From: Octopus bimaculoides
Lineage: Eukaryota
Assembly: GCF_001194135.2 (NCBI RefSeq)
Contig: NC_068982.1
Coordinates: 170,918,211-170,982,210, forward strand
Length of the DNA: 64,000 nucleotides
Direction: 5' to 3'
The notes under the pieces are model-generated. The model worked only from the letters and a program-made list of their open reading frames with translations. It had not been told where the DNA came from and searched no databases. Position numbers and translations under genes: made by a program. How positions within the stretch are numbered: the first letter of the stretch is position 1; each line of letters begins with the position of its first letter. Of the stretch, positions 1 to 12,539 are shown piece by piece.

Positions 1-1739
1 CCATTCCTAAGCTCACTTAGGCAGAAGGTCAATATTTGCAGAGAAGCGTTAGAGAGAATTCAGTTCATCGAAATGTGTTACTGGGATTGAGTTATTAAGT
101 TGAAGTCAATAGTAAGCAGAGTGTGGTTGTAACTCAAAAAGTAAAAGGAATAGACCTCATAGTATAATCTATTTAGTTGGTCAGTCTATCGCTTCCCTGC
201 CTTTTACTGGCCCAAAAAAAAAAAGAAACAAAAATAGAAAATAAACTAAAATGAAATAAATATCATCGATCCGTTGTACGAACGAGGCTCATGCTAAACG
301 TTTAACAGGATATTATATTTGGTGGAATATTGTTTCATCCAAATGCTTGTCTAAATAAATTTCAAATTTAACGTTTAATAATTATTGAGCAAACTCCCTA
401 GCTGCAACATATTAATGTTTCATTTCATCATTACAAAGCAGGCTAATAGTGTTATCCTAGAGATGAAATTCCCGAGGCAAAAACGATAATCTTTCTTAGA
501 TCACTTAAGCCCGGCTGCATTAACATCTAAGAGCAGAGTTCGATGACTGATTGCATCTAATCTCCTTCGAGGATAAGAAGTCCCTTAGCCACTATTACTA
601 GGAAATAACCAAAAATTCTTGTCGTATGCACGTTTGAAATTACTTGCTACAGTATTATGATGTCGAATACAAAACCTCACATAATATTACAATATATTCT
701 GAGGAATGGATTGATTCGAAGAAATTCTGTTCTCTTTTATTATTTATTCAGCAAAACCGGTGGCGTATACCTGTTTTGATGCAAAATATAGGAATCAATT
801 TGCAAGAGACTGTAGATGCTTACCAACACTATAACATTTAAGCATAATCTCGAATAGTTGTGATTTTGTTCTCCAATTAAATTTCAGTTTCAAGAACAAG
901 ATATTTAAGACAATTTAAACAGTTCATATTATTTTAAATGAATCTCTGAATCACTGGATTATAATATCGCTGTTGTTTCATATACCATGTAATAATATAG
1001 TAGATATTGCGAGTGATCTCATCACAATCGTACCTGCAATATATTTTTAGGACGACGGAATTAACAAGAAGAAATTTTTCAGTTGGTGTTTAGCCGATGA
1101 ACAATCATTGATGTTGAACCTAGTCGTCATGTTTTAAAGAAGGAAAATATATAAATATTTTAAGACCAATAATACTATAATATTAACAAAAAAAAAAACG
1201 ATAATTTCACAAGAGATCATTAACAAATCGACCAAAGATTCTATTATATATTCTGTTTTCACATTGTGAGCTTGTTATAAATATGGTATAATCTCAAAGT
1301 GCGGAGGCATTTATGCATAAAATGCTATTCATTTCACTCTAACCTCGTACCTACATAAATCATGCAAAATCATCTGCAAATTTTGCAAAACTCTTCCTTC
1401 TAAATCCGATAAAAGTATCTTCTATAATGTATCACTAATGCAGTTTTAACCTCCGGGAAATCTGTGCTCCAAATCGGATGTACTTTTTCCTTACACTTGA
1501 TAACTTAACCCGTACAACTTTGGGCTACAATGTGACATGAAAATTCAATGTCATATTCGTCTATTAATGTCAGAGATTATGACTATAAAACCAAGAAATA
1601 ATATTCGAATTTGGTTATTACCTATGCGACTTACAAAAATATACCAGGAAGACTTGATTGAAACTGCAAATTTCATTTTTTTAGTTGGTGTTTAGCCGAT
1701 GAACAATCATCAATGTTGAATCTAGTCGTCACTATTTTC

Positions 1740-2020
1740 TGCAGAAGCAAATGTATTATAGGCGTGAGTTATATGATGCAAGGGTATTTGACACTGCAAT
1801 GGATCATAATATTTTCCTTCATGTCAGAATTATGAATGGAGCTAGGAAGGTTACATCAGATCAAACATCTAGTATATTCAGGCATTGCAGCAACAATACT
1901 ATCAATTATATTAGACCCATTAATCGCATTGATTTTCAAACGAATTATTACACTGATACACGCCATTTATAAAAAGCCTAACAATTTCCTCTGCTGCACA
2001 CATCGATCACATTAAAACCC
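1740..2020 (+). mobile_element. Possible very decayed Penelope-like GIY-YIG remnant
   Basis: ORF text HVRIMNGARKVTSDQTSSIFRHC...IDFQTNYY loosely resembles the PLE GIY-YIG C-terminal half. A broken VI*CK..HCNGS*Y segment lies just upstream in another frame. Weak motif recognition only. Confidence 0.25.
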
Positions 2021-2527
2021 CATTCAAAGAATGGGCAATTCGAGATTATTGATTACTACATACATAGCGCCTATATCACCCCCATGTCTTTCTACTCAGT
2101 TGCATTCAACACAATACGACGGTTTAGTGGTGTTATTAAACGCAAATTTAAGGCAATATACATAGGGAAATGAAGTAACAACAGTAAATTTCAGATTAGC
2201 TTGCCGTTATATAAAGAATTTCGAATTAGAAATAAGAGAAACATTGACGGAATCTACAGTCAGTAGTCCACTTCAATCGGACAATATCGATTTTGTTTCA
2301 GTTAATAATATAAATGTCTGTTTGGACTTGCTGCTTTTCACAGAATTCCAGTGGAGTTTTTATTCTTCAGTAATTTAATCAACTTCTTGTGGTGGCTTTC
2401 TTACATATTCATTTTGCACTGAATATTAATACGCGAAGGGCTAACCAGTGGGACTTGATTTATAGCCATTGCCATGAGATTCCGTTTCGAAATGAAAACA
2501 AAAATTGCTGCTGTTGTAAGTTCTCAA

Positions 2528-2609
<82 letters not shown>
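2528..2609. repeat. (CTAT)n microsatellite
   Basis: Directly visible tetranucleotide run. Confidence 0.98.
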
Positions 2610-2780
2610 GTTCTAACTGTTTATATATATAGTAGTGTGTAAGTACATATATATNNNNNNNNNNNNNNNNNNNNNNNNNNNNNNNNNNNNNNNNNNNNNN
2701 NNNNNNNNNNNNNNNNTATATATATATATATATATATATATATCATGTTTCTTAGTGTGTCTGTATGTGTGTTTCTAAAT

Positions 2781-3090
2781 GCACATACACGTAAAGGTGT
2801 AAGGGTCAATGGTTTAAACGTCGTGCTTACAATCTACTGTGAGTTTGATTCACGTTGTCTCCTTGAGCAAGACACTTTCTTTGACATTGCTCCGGTTAAT
2901 TTACCCGTAAAAATTAGCTGTTAGGTCACTTTAACTTTTCCCTTGGACAATATCAATGGCGTAGAGAGGGGAGAGTGTTAAGCGTCGGCCACGGTTGGTC
3001 TTCCAAAAACCATCCCCACAACTGAGCATCGGAGGAGAACTTACTCTAAGCAATACCATGGCCATTCCTCAGCGAAGTGGGGTCATTACC
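2781..3090 (+). mobile_element. tRNA-derived SINE, diverged
   Basis: Degenerate A/B-box head (gagtttgattc) followed by the ccttgagcaagacacttt...ttgctcc central block typical of invertebrate SINEs. Confidence 0.55.
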
Positions 3091-3132
3091 CATGCATTCA
3101 CGCACGTACACCCACATATTTATTTATCTATA

Positions 3133-3174
<42 letters not shown>

Positions 3175-3299
3175 GGGGTGTATGTATGTGTAAATGTCTA
3201 TATGTATATATGAATATATGAATATGCACATAAACATATGTATATATATATATACATATAAATTTATCTGTATGTGTGTGTGTGCATATATATATATAG

Positions 3300-3338
<39 letters not shown>

Positions 3339-3347
3339 CACATTTAT

Positions 3348-4020
3348 ATTCTTTTATTCTTTTACTGGTTTTAGCCAATGGTTATGGCCATGCTTTAGCA
3401 CCGCCTTTCTGTGTATTATTCGGTGATCTCCTTTCTGTTCCGTTTTTGATGAAGAAACGAGTTAGACGGAACTGTTCTTCTCTCTGCTTCCTGCCGAGAT
3501 GTGGGCTCATCTGGGATTTCAGCTATAAATTTGTCCAGAGGATTTTTGAAGGTCTCCGTGTCTACACCTCGCAAATTTCTTTGATTCTTTGGCATTATGT
3601 TAAACCCATGTGATCCTCTGAAACCCATAACGTTGAGGTACTGTTTCCTTATTCTAGATGCAGAAAACAGGATCTCTCGTCCAATTCAGTAGTCGGTATA
3701 GCTTATAAATCCAATGTTAGGAGTTATACCTACCAGGATCCTCCCCGTATGTATATTTTTTTTATGTACTTTACTCCTTCGCTCCACGGAGTATAGATTC
3801 AGTTCATTTAGCCTCTACCAGTAGCTCATCTCTTTCACCAAATTAGTTATCTTTGTCATGTGGCGCTGGTTTGCTTGGTGTTCCGAGATCATTTTGACTC
3901 TTTTCGGGAACCACTTTTGCGAGCAGTAATTCAGACACTGAGAAAAACGTTCACCATAAGAGTAGCAGGGTTTCCTTATTTCCGATTCTCAACGATCTAA
4001 GAATCCATTCAGCTACTTAC
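3348..4020 (-). mobile_element. CR1/L2-clade LINE 3' fragment (pseudogenised RT C-terminus and 3' UTR)
   Basis: Minus-strand peptides WILRSLR..KETLL, SYW*RLNELNLYSVERR and FNIMPKNQRNLRGVDTETFKNPLDKFIAEIPDEP; ends in an (AAAAGAAT)n-type tail at 3348-3364. Confidence 0.8.
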
Positions 4021-4330
4021 CTACACACACACACTGATACTCACACGCACACGCACATGGACGCATATGTGGCCCGATATGGAAGGGAATATGGCGACTG
4101 CTCTCCATTGTTGGCGGTGAATAAGTTCAGGAGATTAGCTTAGGAGTTACGTCCCTTGGTTAGGAGAACGACATTGATAATACACATCTTACCCACTTCA
4201 AGGTAACTCTTGCCGGCTTAACAGCATAATCAACCCAGAGACAATTCATAATATCATATAATACTACCTAGGTGTTATTTGAACTCGGACTTGACTGAAC
4301 ACCACAAAATTAATATCTTTCTCTTGCCAT

Positions 4331-4466
4331 ATGGTTCCGGGTTCAGTCCTGTTGTGTGGCACCTTGGTCATGTGTCTTCTACTATATCCTCGGGCCGACT
4401 AAAGCCTTGAGAGTGGATTGGTAGATGGAAAGTTAAAGAAGCCTGTCGTATATATATCTATATGTG

Positions 4467-4500
<34 letters not shown>
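4331..4500 (+). mobile_element. tRNA-derived SINE 5' half (same family as 58586-58945)
   Basis: ggttccgggttcagtcc...gtgtcttctactat..ctcgggccgactaaagccttg...ggtagatggaaagttaaagaagcctgtcgtatat, running into (TG)n. Confidence 0.85.
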
Positions 4501-4503
<3 letters not shown>

Positions 4504-4504
4504 C

Positions 4505-4545
<41 letters not shown>

Positions 4546-4596
4546 ACAAAGAGAGGGAGAAAGAACAGTTAAAGCCAATACATATACAAATATATA

Positions 4597-5625
4597 TCAT
4601 CATCATCATCATCTTCCATTAACTAATGCAGAGTTGTTCGAGTGCCACTTTAGACGCTTTTGGAGACAGCTGCTGCAGTGTTGTGAGGTGTCCAGTCCTT
4701 GAGGTTTACAGATCAAGATTTTCTCTCCTTTGCCTCTCTTTCTCGCTCACCCAACAGTGCCCTGAAGGCAGTGTTGGACATGACATTGTGATGGATTACG
4801 TGTAAGTACCAGGCAAATACCTTTTACCTCCGTAATTAGTGGTTCCTCTCTGCTAGCACATTTGTTGACTTGATATCTTACAATGCTATTCGCTTTGTTC
4901 TCAATTCACTGCATACATAACACCCTCTTGATGCGCTTGAGTTCAAATGCCCCAATTCTTCGTTTCATGCAAGCTGTAAAAGTCAGCTCTCACAACCACA
5001 CAGAAAATTTGAATTCACCACAGACTTCTAGACTTTGAGCCTGTTTGGAAAACAAATGGAGTTGCTTTTCCAAATGGTGTTCAGCTGCATCATTACAGTA
5101 GATGTTAAAAGGAATTATCTCTTTTTGAGATCTGTTTAATGATCAAAGCGGATCCTAGGAACTTGCTGGTGTCCACCTTCTCAAATCTCTTCTCGTTTAG
5201 CATGAACTTGGTTCCTCTATTCCTGTTATTACCACGGGTACAGCAACCGGGATGCTGTGTTCTTGGTTTTAACGAGGGTCCCCCTTTTTACTGGGCTGAT
5301 CTCTACCCCGTATGCACCTGGTAATTTTTTTAATCTGAAGGTGAGCTCTTGTATTTCTGCTGCATTGCTTCCTAACAGGTCAATGCCGCTAGCAAAGAGC
5401 CGGGTGTAAATGGGTCATCCCGACAACGGAAACTGAGTGGTGGAAGACTTGGCGTGTATCCTGCATAATCTCTTCTAAGAAAAGGTTGAAAATCAACGAG
5501 GAGAGGAGACATCATTTTTTGAACATTCACTGTTGTCCTGAAAAGTTCCATGTTGTTGTTTAGGAGAACTGCACTGTTTGAGTTTTCATACAATGCTTGG
5601 ATTATTTCAATAAGGTTGATGAAGT
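4597..5625 (-). mobile_element. RTE-clade LINE, 5'-truncated and decayed (RT and 3' end)
   Basis: Minus-strand IIQALYENSNSAVLLNNNMELFRTTVNV matches the RTE RT region before the QG motif; frameshifted downstream; (GAT)n tail at 4597-4613. Confidence 0.75.
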
Positions 5626-5687
5626 TCTATAAACACGCGTACACACAATCACATACATACACACGCTCACACGCACATGTATATATA

Positions 5688-5738
<51 letters not shown>

Positions 5739-6171
5739 GCATTGTATGTGTATGTTTGTTCCAATTGAAGACCGTACATATAAAATATATACTGACAAGC
5801 AAACTAGTAGCTTATATGTATTAAAAATATTAACGCATATCACAAATAACTATCTACTTATCATCTATGTATCTATACATATAAACTTATAAACTCACAC
5901 ACAAACATTTACATGTGTACAAGCATATATATGTGCGAGAGTATATATACATGTGTGTATAGATACACGCAGGCACACACACATACACATACACACACGC
6001 AAACATATATGCGTGTGTGTGTGTGTGTTTGTATGTCCGTATGCATATATGTATATATAATTATCTTAATTAGTATGAATTAATTAAATTTTCTCATTTT
6101 CCTGTGAAGTATTTATTTAGTTAAGTTCCGACTCGGAATATTTGTCCAATTTCATTTGATGTGATCAAAAT

Positions 6172-6189
6172 GATGATGATAAAAATAAA

Positions 6190-6256
<67 letters not shown>

Positions 6257-6292
6257 TTGATGATGATGATGATGATGATGATGATGCTGATG
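6172..6292. repeat. Compound (GAT)/(AAT)n/(GAT)n microsatellite
   Basis: Directly visible. Confidence 0.95.
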
Positions 6293-7699
6293 ATAAAAAA
6301 AATAAATAAATAAAAAAGATAATATTGAAAAAAAATTAATGTAAACAAAGTTTTTCAAATAAAATAATTGCATTCATAATAACAACATGAAGATGCAATT
6401 TGATTTGCTTGAAATGCATCATGATGAGAAATGAAGAAAGCATGCCGCAGAAATTTCATTGCAGCCACAATTAAATTTCATCAATATAGATTATTTTTTT
6501 TTTATTCGCTTCTGAATTTCACAAATATCTGTAATGATGTGAATTTTAAGTGCCTAATTTTATCCAATTTGGAATGTATCCATCTTATTTTTACTGTTTT
6601 TAAAAATTTCTTTTTCTTTTACTTTCATTCACTTTCATTATATCGAATATTATTTCTCTTCCTCTTTCCTTCTCTTATATTCGTCTCTCTATTTTCCACA
6701 GGTAAAAATACAAAAAAATATATTCAAGATTTCAATAGTGTGTAAATTCAAGCAGATAAGCTTTCTTAATAGGTGAAATAGACGAAGGTTGTTGCAACCA
6801 ACTATCTGTTTACGAAATAAAATCTAGACACAAAATTTTAATTGGGCTTCAAAGTATGCAGGTTGTGATATTTTGATATGGACTTTACACGTGAAATAGA
6901 TCTAAGTATTTGTTGAGACGCATATAAGTCAGCGCATTGGTAGGTGTAACAAATTGTTGATTCAAGCTTGAGATATGTGAATATTTTCTTCATGTAATCG
7001 TCAGTGCGTAGGTAAGACAGTTGCCCTGATCCCTCTTACAATTGTTGAGTGTCATGTATAAATAAATACAAAGGCAAAATGGTTTAGAAAGATTAGTTTC
7101 TATAAAATTTCCATTGCTATGCAGTAAAATATGTAACACTACGAACGCTTGTATTCGCTACCACGCTATCACTGATAGGATTTAGTATAGTTTTAAATTG
7201 CACACATAAACTAAAACAGCTGAATTGGTTTTTGTTGAAAGTGATATTGTGTAATATCTTTTGAATGAATTTGACAGTTTATAGAAACTATATGATGATG
7301 TCGTGTTTGGTTAATTTGAAACTATATTTCTTGAATTCATCCTCTAGCAAATAATTAGGTATATAATACTTTAAGAAAAATAATTGAAAAACAACTGCCA
7401 TTTCTTTAAATCCGCTGACAAAGATTCAATATACGAAGGCCGGAAAGAGATGGAATACCGTAATATTCATGATTTTTCTGACTGTACTATTGGATTATGA
7501 TGAGTTTTGTAAAAGTTCAATAGTTCTTGGAGTGTGATAATTGAAATACTTGCTGGATCAATAAAGGAAATTCCGAAGTTGTGATGTCTACAATTTTGCG
7601 GTTCAAAACTCGTTCTATATATATATTCCTTAGAAAACAACATACGTGTAAAATATTGAAACTGGCATTAGTGATGCACAATATACGTTGATTTCTAAC

Positions 7700-7820
7700 A
7701 TTTGTACAGCTCACGTAGCTTTATTTTATACCCTCACCTCAGAAGGAAGAAGAGCAAAGCTGACTTTGCTGGGGTAGGAACTCAAAACATAAAGGTTAAC
7801 TCAATGCTACTGGGCATACT
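7700..7820 (-). mobile_element. SINE fragment with Meta-like central domain
   Basis: Reverse complement matches the gagttcaaattccgccgaggtcgactttgcctttcatcc motif of the better copy at 45632. Confidence 0.6.
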
Positions 7821-8376
7821 GTTTAAAATTATTTCATAGATTGTAGCAATCCACGCCCTACAACATATCATATATTGATTTCTAACTGACGCATAAGTCA
7901 TTGAATGTAATATACATCGACACAAAATATAGATAGGTACTTAATTTAAGCAATATCAGACTGCACATGTTCACTAAATATTTAGCCACTACATAAATAT
8001 TTGCCATAGTCAACATTCAAAAGGGTGCAATGAAAATATTGAAACACTTGAAGGGTCAGGTAAAAAAAATAAGAAGAAAAAGCCAAAATTTATTAAAGTT
8101 TATTATTAATGTTTTATACCGAATATGAAAGATGTAATATTTGACTTGTTATAAATTTCTCATGTATTTGCTCAACTGAATATTTAGTGGAGGTAACTCG
8201 TCACGCTTTCACAGTTATTGCTAAATTAATTTAAAATGACTCCCATACTAAAGACAGACATGAAAGACATTATACATGCGATTTAATATTACGTTAGATT
8301 TCAAAAGTATTTGGACAAGACAAGTTTTGAAGATAGATGCACGCTTAACATATACAAAAACATGGACTTATATGCT

Positions 8377-8397
8377 GTCTCTCTCTTTCTCTCTCTT

Positions 8398-8468
<71 letters not shown>

Positions 8469-8615
8469 TTCTCCCTCCCTTCTCCATTGTGTCTCACAGA
8501 CACACGCATACATGCATATGAGAGAAAGAGAGAAGGGGAGCAAGAGAGAGAAAGAGTGAGAGAGAGAGGCAGGAGAGAAAAGAGAGCGAGAGCGAGAGAG
8601 GAAGAGAAAAGAAAG
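8377..8615. repeat. (CT)n tract followed by (GA)n tract
   Basis: Directly visible polypyrimidine then polypurine runs about 40 bp apart. Confidence 0.95.
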
Positions 8616-10152
8616 AAAGAAAGGAAAGATAATATGTAAAATCGATACATGTATAACTAGATGAGTATGAGCACATACAAAATTGAATATTTATAGAAAA
8701 TCGTAATAGTTTATTGGACAAATCCACGGGGCCAAATGCTAAGGAAATAGTAGTTAATGTGAAAAGGCTGATAGTTGCCGTACGTCATAGCTGTTTATAT
8801 TTTCATTCGTCAGAAAATTCACTTTTTAGTCGCTCAGTTTGCAGCAATATGTTTCCCAATGTCTTTTAAAGTATACCTCTCTCTCGTAAAAAAAATATAT
8901 ATATTCAATGTAATATCACTGAAAATGGGTGTGCTGGATTGAAGCTAATGATAACGAGAACGAAAGTTGAGTTATAAAGATTTATTAAAGTATTCTTTTA
9001 TTCTGTGCCTTCTGAAATTAAACGCTGCTTGAGTCAACATTAAATCTTAATGTTCCAATAATCGATATCAAATTAAATAAAATATCCGTTTAAAAAAAAA
9101 TTAAGAATTGTTGGTTTAAAATCGTAGTATCTTTGACAGCTTGGTTATATATTTTATGAGTACTGGATTCGTAAATCAAACATATCTTAAGAAATTTCGC
9201 TTTTAGCATCGTGGATATGAATTTCTCCTATTCCCTTTCCACTAATTCTCTATCTATATCTCCCCAATCGCATTCCTTGCACTCAAAACGAATCAAAAGA
9301 GAATGTAGAACAAAGCAGCATAGCTTTTGTTGGATCAGAACATCCTGTACCCACGTAATAACGCAACGTCAACAACACCCTAGAATACTATATATTGTAA
9401 TAACACTACTCGCTTACATATTTCTGACGAACACAAAAATCGATTACTAAAATATTTTGCACACATTTATGACGCAAAATTATCTAGAAAGGGAAAAACC
9501 AGTTGAACCTGTGTGAAACGAATTTTAAAAACACAAAACGATGCAATGAACATCAGACAAGTTTCATGACAAAACACCTGAAAGATACAATTTTAATGAA
9601 AGTGAAATCCCTCGGGACATTTCTGCTGCACAGTTTGTTGCTGCAGCAGTTTACAACTCATGTATTTCCTATTACTACATGAGCAGAACATCGCTGCCAA
9701 TATGCAAACATTTGCAGAACAAGCCAGATCATCACAACAATATCGTAAAAGCTTAATCTCTTCTAATCTTTTTCAAGAAGCACACAGAAAAAGAACGCAT
9801 ATACGCAGTAGTCTCGCTCCGAAATTTGTGCTGGAAAGAGTACAAAAGCCATGAGTACAGTGAAGTGGCAGTTGCAGTGAATCGATTGAGTCCACCGTCA
9901 TAGCTTCCACTGTGGTCAGAGCAATATATCAAGACTGCCATACTTAGTAGCATACTTGTGGTATAGAGTGGCGTGATTCTCATCTAAGGAGAGATATGCT
10001 ACTTTTAAGGAGACAGAACAACGGGTAGTACCGCGTTATTCGGTTACTGTGCGCCTGCCATACGAGTGCTTGATAAAGGCTGATCTGTTGTTATACAGCA
10101 ACAACTATAGCATTCATATTGAAATAAAAGCACACCTCATACAGAAGTAAGT

Positions 10153-10425
10153 GCAGGCGCGCGGTTTAGTGGTTACGGGTGTTGTACTCAAGATTGTAAT
10201 GGCGTCGTTTCAGTTCCTGGAGCGGGCAATGAGTTGTGTTCTTGTAAAAAAATATTACTTTTTACGTTGCTGCGGTCCATTTGGCTGGCAAAAATGAATA
10301 TTCCTGGAACGGACTGGGTCCCGTCCAGTGGGGAATATATAAGCCACAGAAACCAGGAAACTGTCTCTATGAGTCTCTATGAAACTGGACGGGGCTTTAC
10401 CCTTTTGCTTTCTTCAGACAGCAGG
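10153..10425 (+). mobile_element. tRNA-derived SINE
   Basis: A-box-like ggtttagtggtta, degenerate B-box, and gtcccgtccagtggggaata...aaaccaggaaac central block. Confidence 0.7.
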
Positions 10426-12169
10426 ACCCCAATTCGTAAAAGTATTTTTTTCTCAAATCATTGATTAAAAGTTGGATCCTTTTGTAGGACTACTGACCAG
10501 CTAAAATTATTTTAAGCCTTTGTATCTCTCTCCACCAAAGAACAGTAAAAGTATTAACATTTCGTGCTGTTCTTTGATAAACGTGTACAAAGGATCTTAG
10601 TCATTAAATTTGTTGTTTCGTTGTTGTTGTTATTTATTTCTTGATTCATTTCACTATATATTATTCTGCCGGTAAAGCTTTTGAAATAAAGAATAATACT
10701 TCCTTTTTCCTTACCTAATCTCTGTATTTCCTAAATTTAAACAGCATAGAAGCATACGTACGTATATATACCACCGAGTACATACATGCACACATACGCA
10801 TAATACACACACACACACACACGCGCGCGCACACACACAAATTGTGCTCGGGCTCATACTTTCGTGCGCACATTAGAGCAACTTTTCACTTTATTTGATG
10901 ATTTCCGAATATCTTTGTCTTACAGCGCTATTTTCTTTCTTTCTTAATTATTCTCTTACCGTTCCTTATTTTATTATCTGTTGACATCTGTCTGTCATAC
11001 ACAACTTTCTACCCATTATACTACAATCGTCTACTCATACTACTACTCATTATACTCTCTCTCATTCTATTTCATAGTTCTTACAGTTTTGGTTTATCTT
11101 TGTGAGAATGTTCTTTTTTTCTTCTGTTTCCGTTTTTTTTCTCAGCATTATACGCCCTTCTCTTTAGTTCAATCTGATCCATCCCTCGTTATTTTTTCTG
11201 TTACAGTTAATCCATTACCCTCCAACCATTTTTTGTTTGTCTTTCGTCTTTCTCGCAAAATCTCTTTTTCTATATCTCTATCTCTTTCTCCTCTGGATCG
11301 GAAAACTTTTATCCAGTTCTCTCCTACCGGCTGCATTTTCTTTACTCTAATTTAGTATCCCTAATATTTCTTCTGCTTTACTCTTGAAATTTCTTCTATT
11401 CAACTGTAGTCGCCTTTCACTTTCAGTCTTTCCCGTTCTTTGAAAGAGTCTTCCAGTCGTCCCTCTCTATGAAAATCTCTACTTATTTCTCACTTCAATA
11501 AATTCTCTCTCTCTCTCTCTGCTTATTACTCTTACTTTACCACATAATTTTGTTCTCTATTTTTTAATTTGCAATTACTTTCCGGATTTTCATTTACTAT
11601 CATCTCACTTCTCTGTCAATATAGATCTCATTTCTTTCTGCCTATCCTTTTATCTACGTGTATATTTTTGGTTCTCTAATGCCGCACCAGAAGTAAACGA
11701 CAAAAATCAACCGGTTTAAATATTCTTCCTCCTACCACCCTCTATAACATACTACAAAGCATAAGACATTGAGTACGAGAAACCTTACAAATACTCTTTA
11801 ATCAATTCCGTTATTGCAAGTGTATTCGAATAGCGCTTCATCATAATTTTATCTTCTTTTCAATAACTGCTAAATTTGATTTCTTTAAAAGGTGTCTAAG
11901 TTCATATTTTTATTTATTATGTTTATTTCATTTGTTCTTTGTTGTTTACTAGACATCAAAACCAAAGGGAAAAAAATATTGCCCCAAAATGTAAAGCGTG
12001 AAAACTATAAATGAGTTTTCATTGAAACTCAGATGAAAGAGTGCAAATAGTATATGAATCTAATTTCATTTATTAATAGAATTATTCATTTTTAAATAAG
12101 GAAACAATTGGGTATGATCTAGAAGTTAATTATACTAGATAAAAGTGTTAAGACAGGAAGTATTTCAGC

Positions 12170-12330
12170 GAGATTTCAACAATGATTTAAAAGCTCCGGA
12201 CTAAATGCAGAAACAGATGGGCTGATTTTAGCTGCACAATATGAATACCAAACCACAAAATATCTATTAGAAAGGTAATTAAACAAGTGTCTAATTTTAA
12301 GTGTAGACGATTCAATCATCAGCTTCCTTT
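12170..12330 (+). mobile_element. R4/Dong-like non-LTR fragment
   Basis: Q*FKSSGLNAETDGLILAAQ matches the WL..SGLKAETEG.ILAAQ segment preceding the CCHC finger of R4-clade elements. Confidence 0.65.
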
Positions 12331-12539
12331 TTCCACAGGCTAGTGTGAGAGCTATAGGCAGAAATACATATGTTTTTATCATATCCTCCAGTTCTGCAAG
12401 CCTTTCATCTAAACATACCATGTTTAGTGCTTGTTTATTAAAAATTAATTTTCCAAAGGATAAAGCTGATACATTCTTCAATGTTCCATTGTTGTTTGAT
12501 AAATCTTGGTTTTGGTGTTGCTTGCGCCAAAAGTATAGT

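Noticed and set aside
1686-2015. Hydrophobic frame ending SIILDPLIALIF, reminiscent of GPCR TM7
   Set aside because: In-frame stop, no other GPCR motifs; AT-rich DNA readily yields I/L/F-rich text, and another frame fits a PLE remnant at least as well.
6686-7070. Plus-strand acceptor at 6701 with donor at 7010 or AATAAA near 7061; similar acceptor at 22887
   Set aside because: All frames close quickly and no linked upstream exon could be supported.
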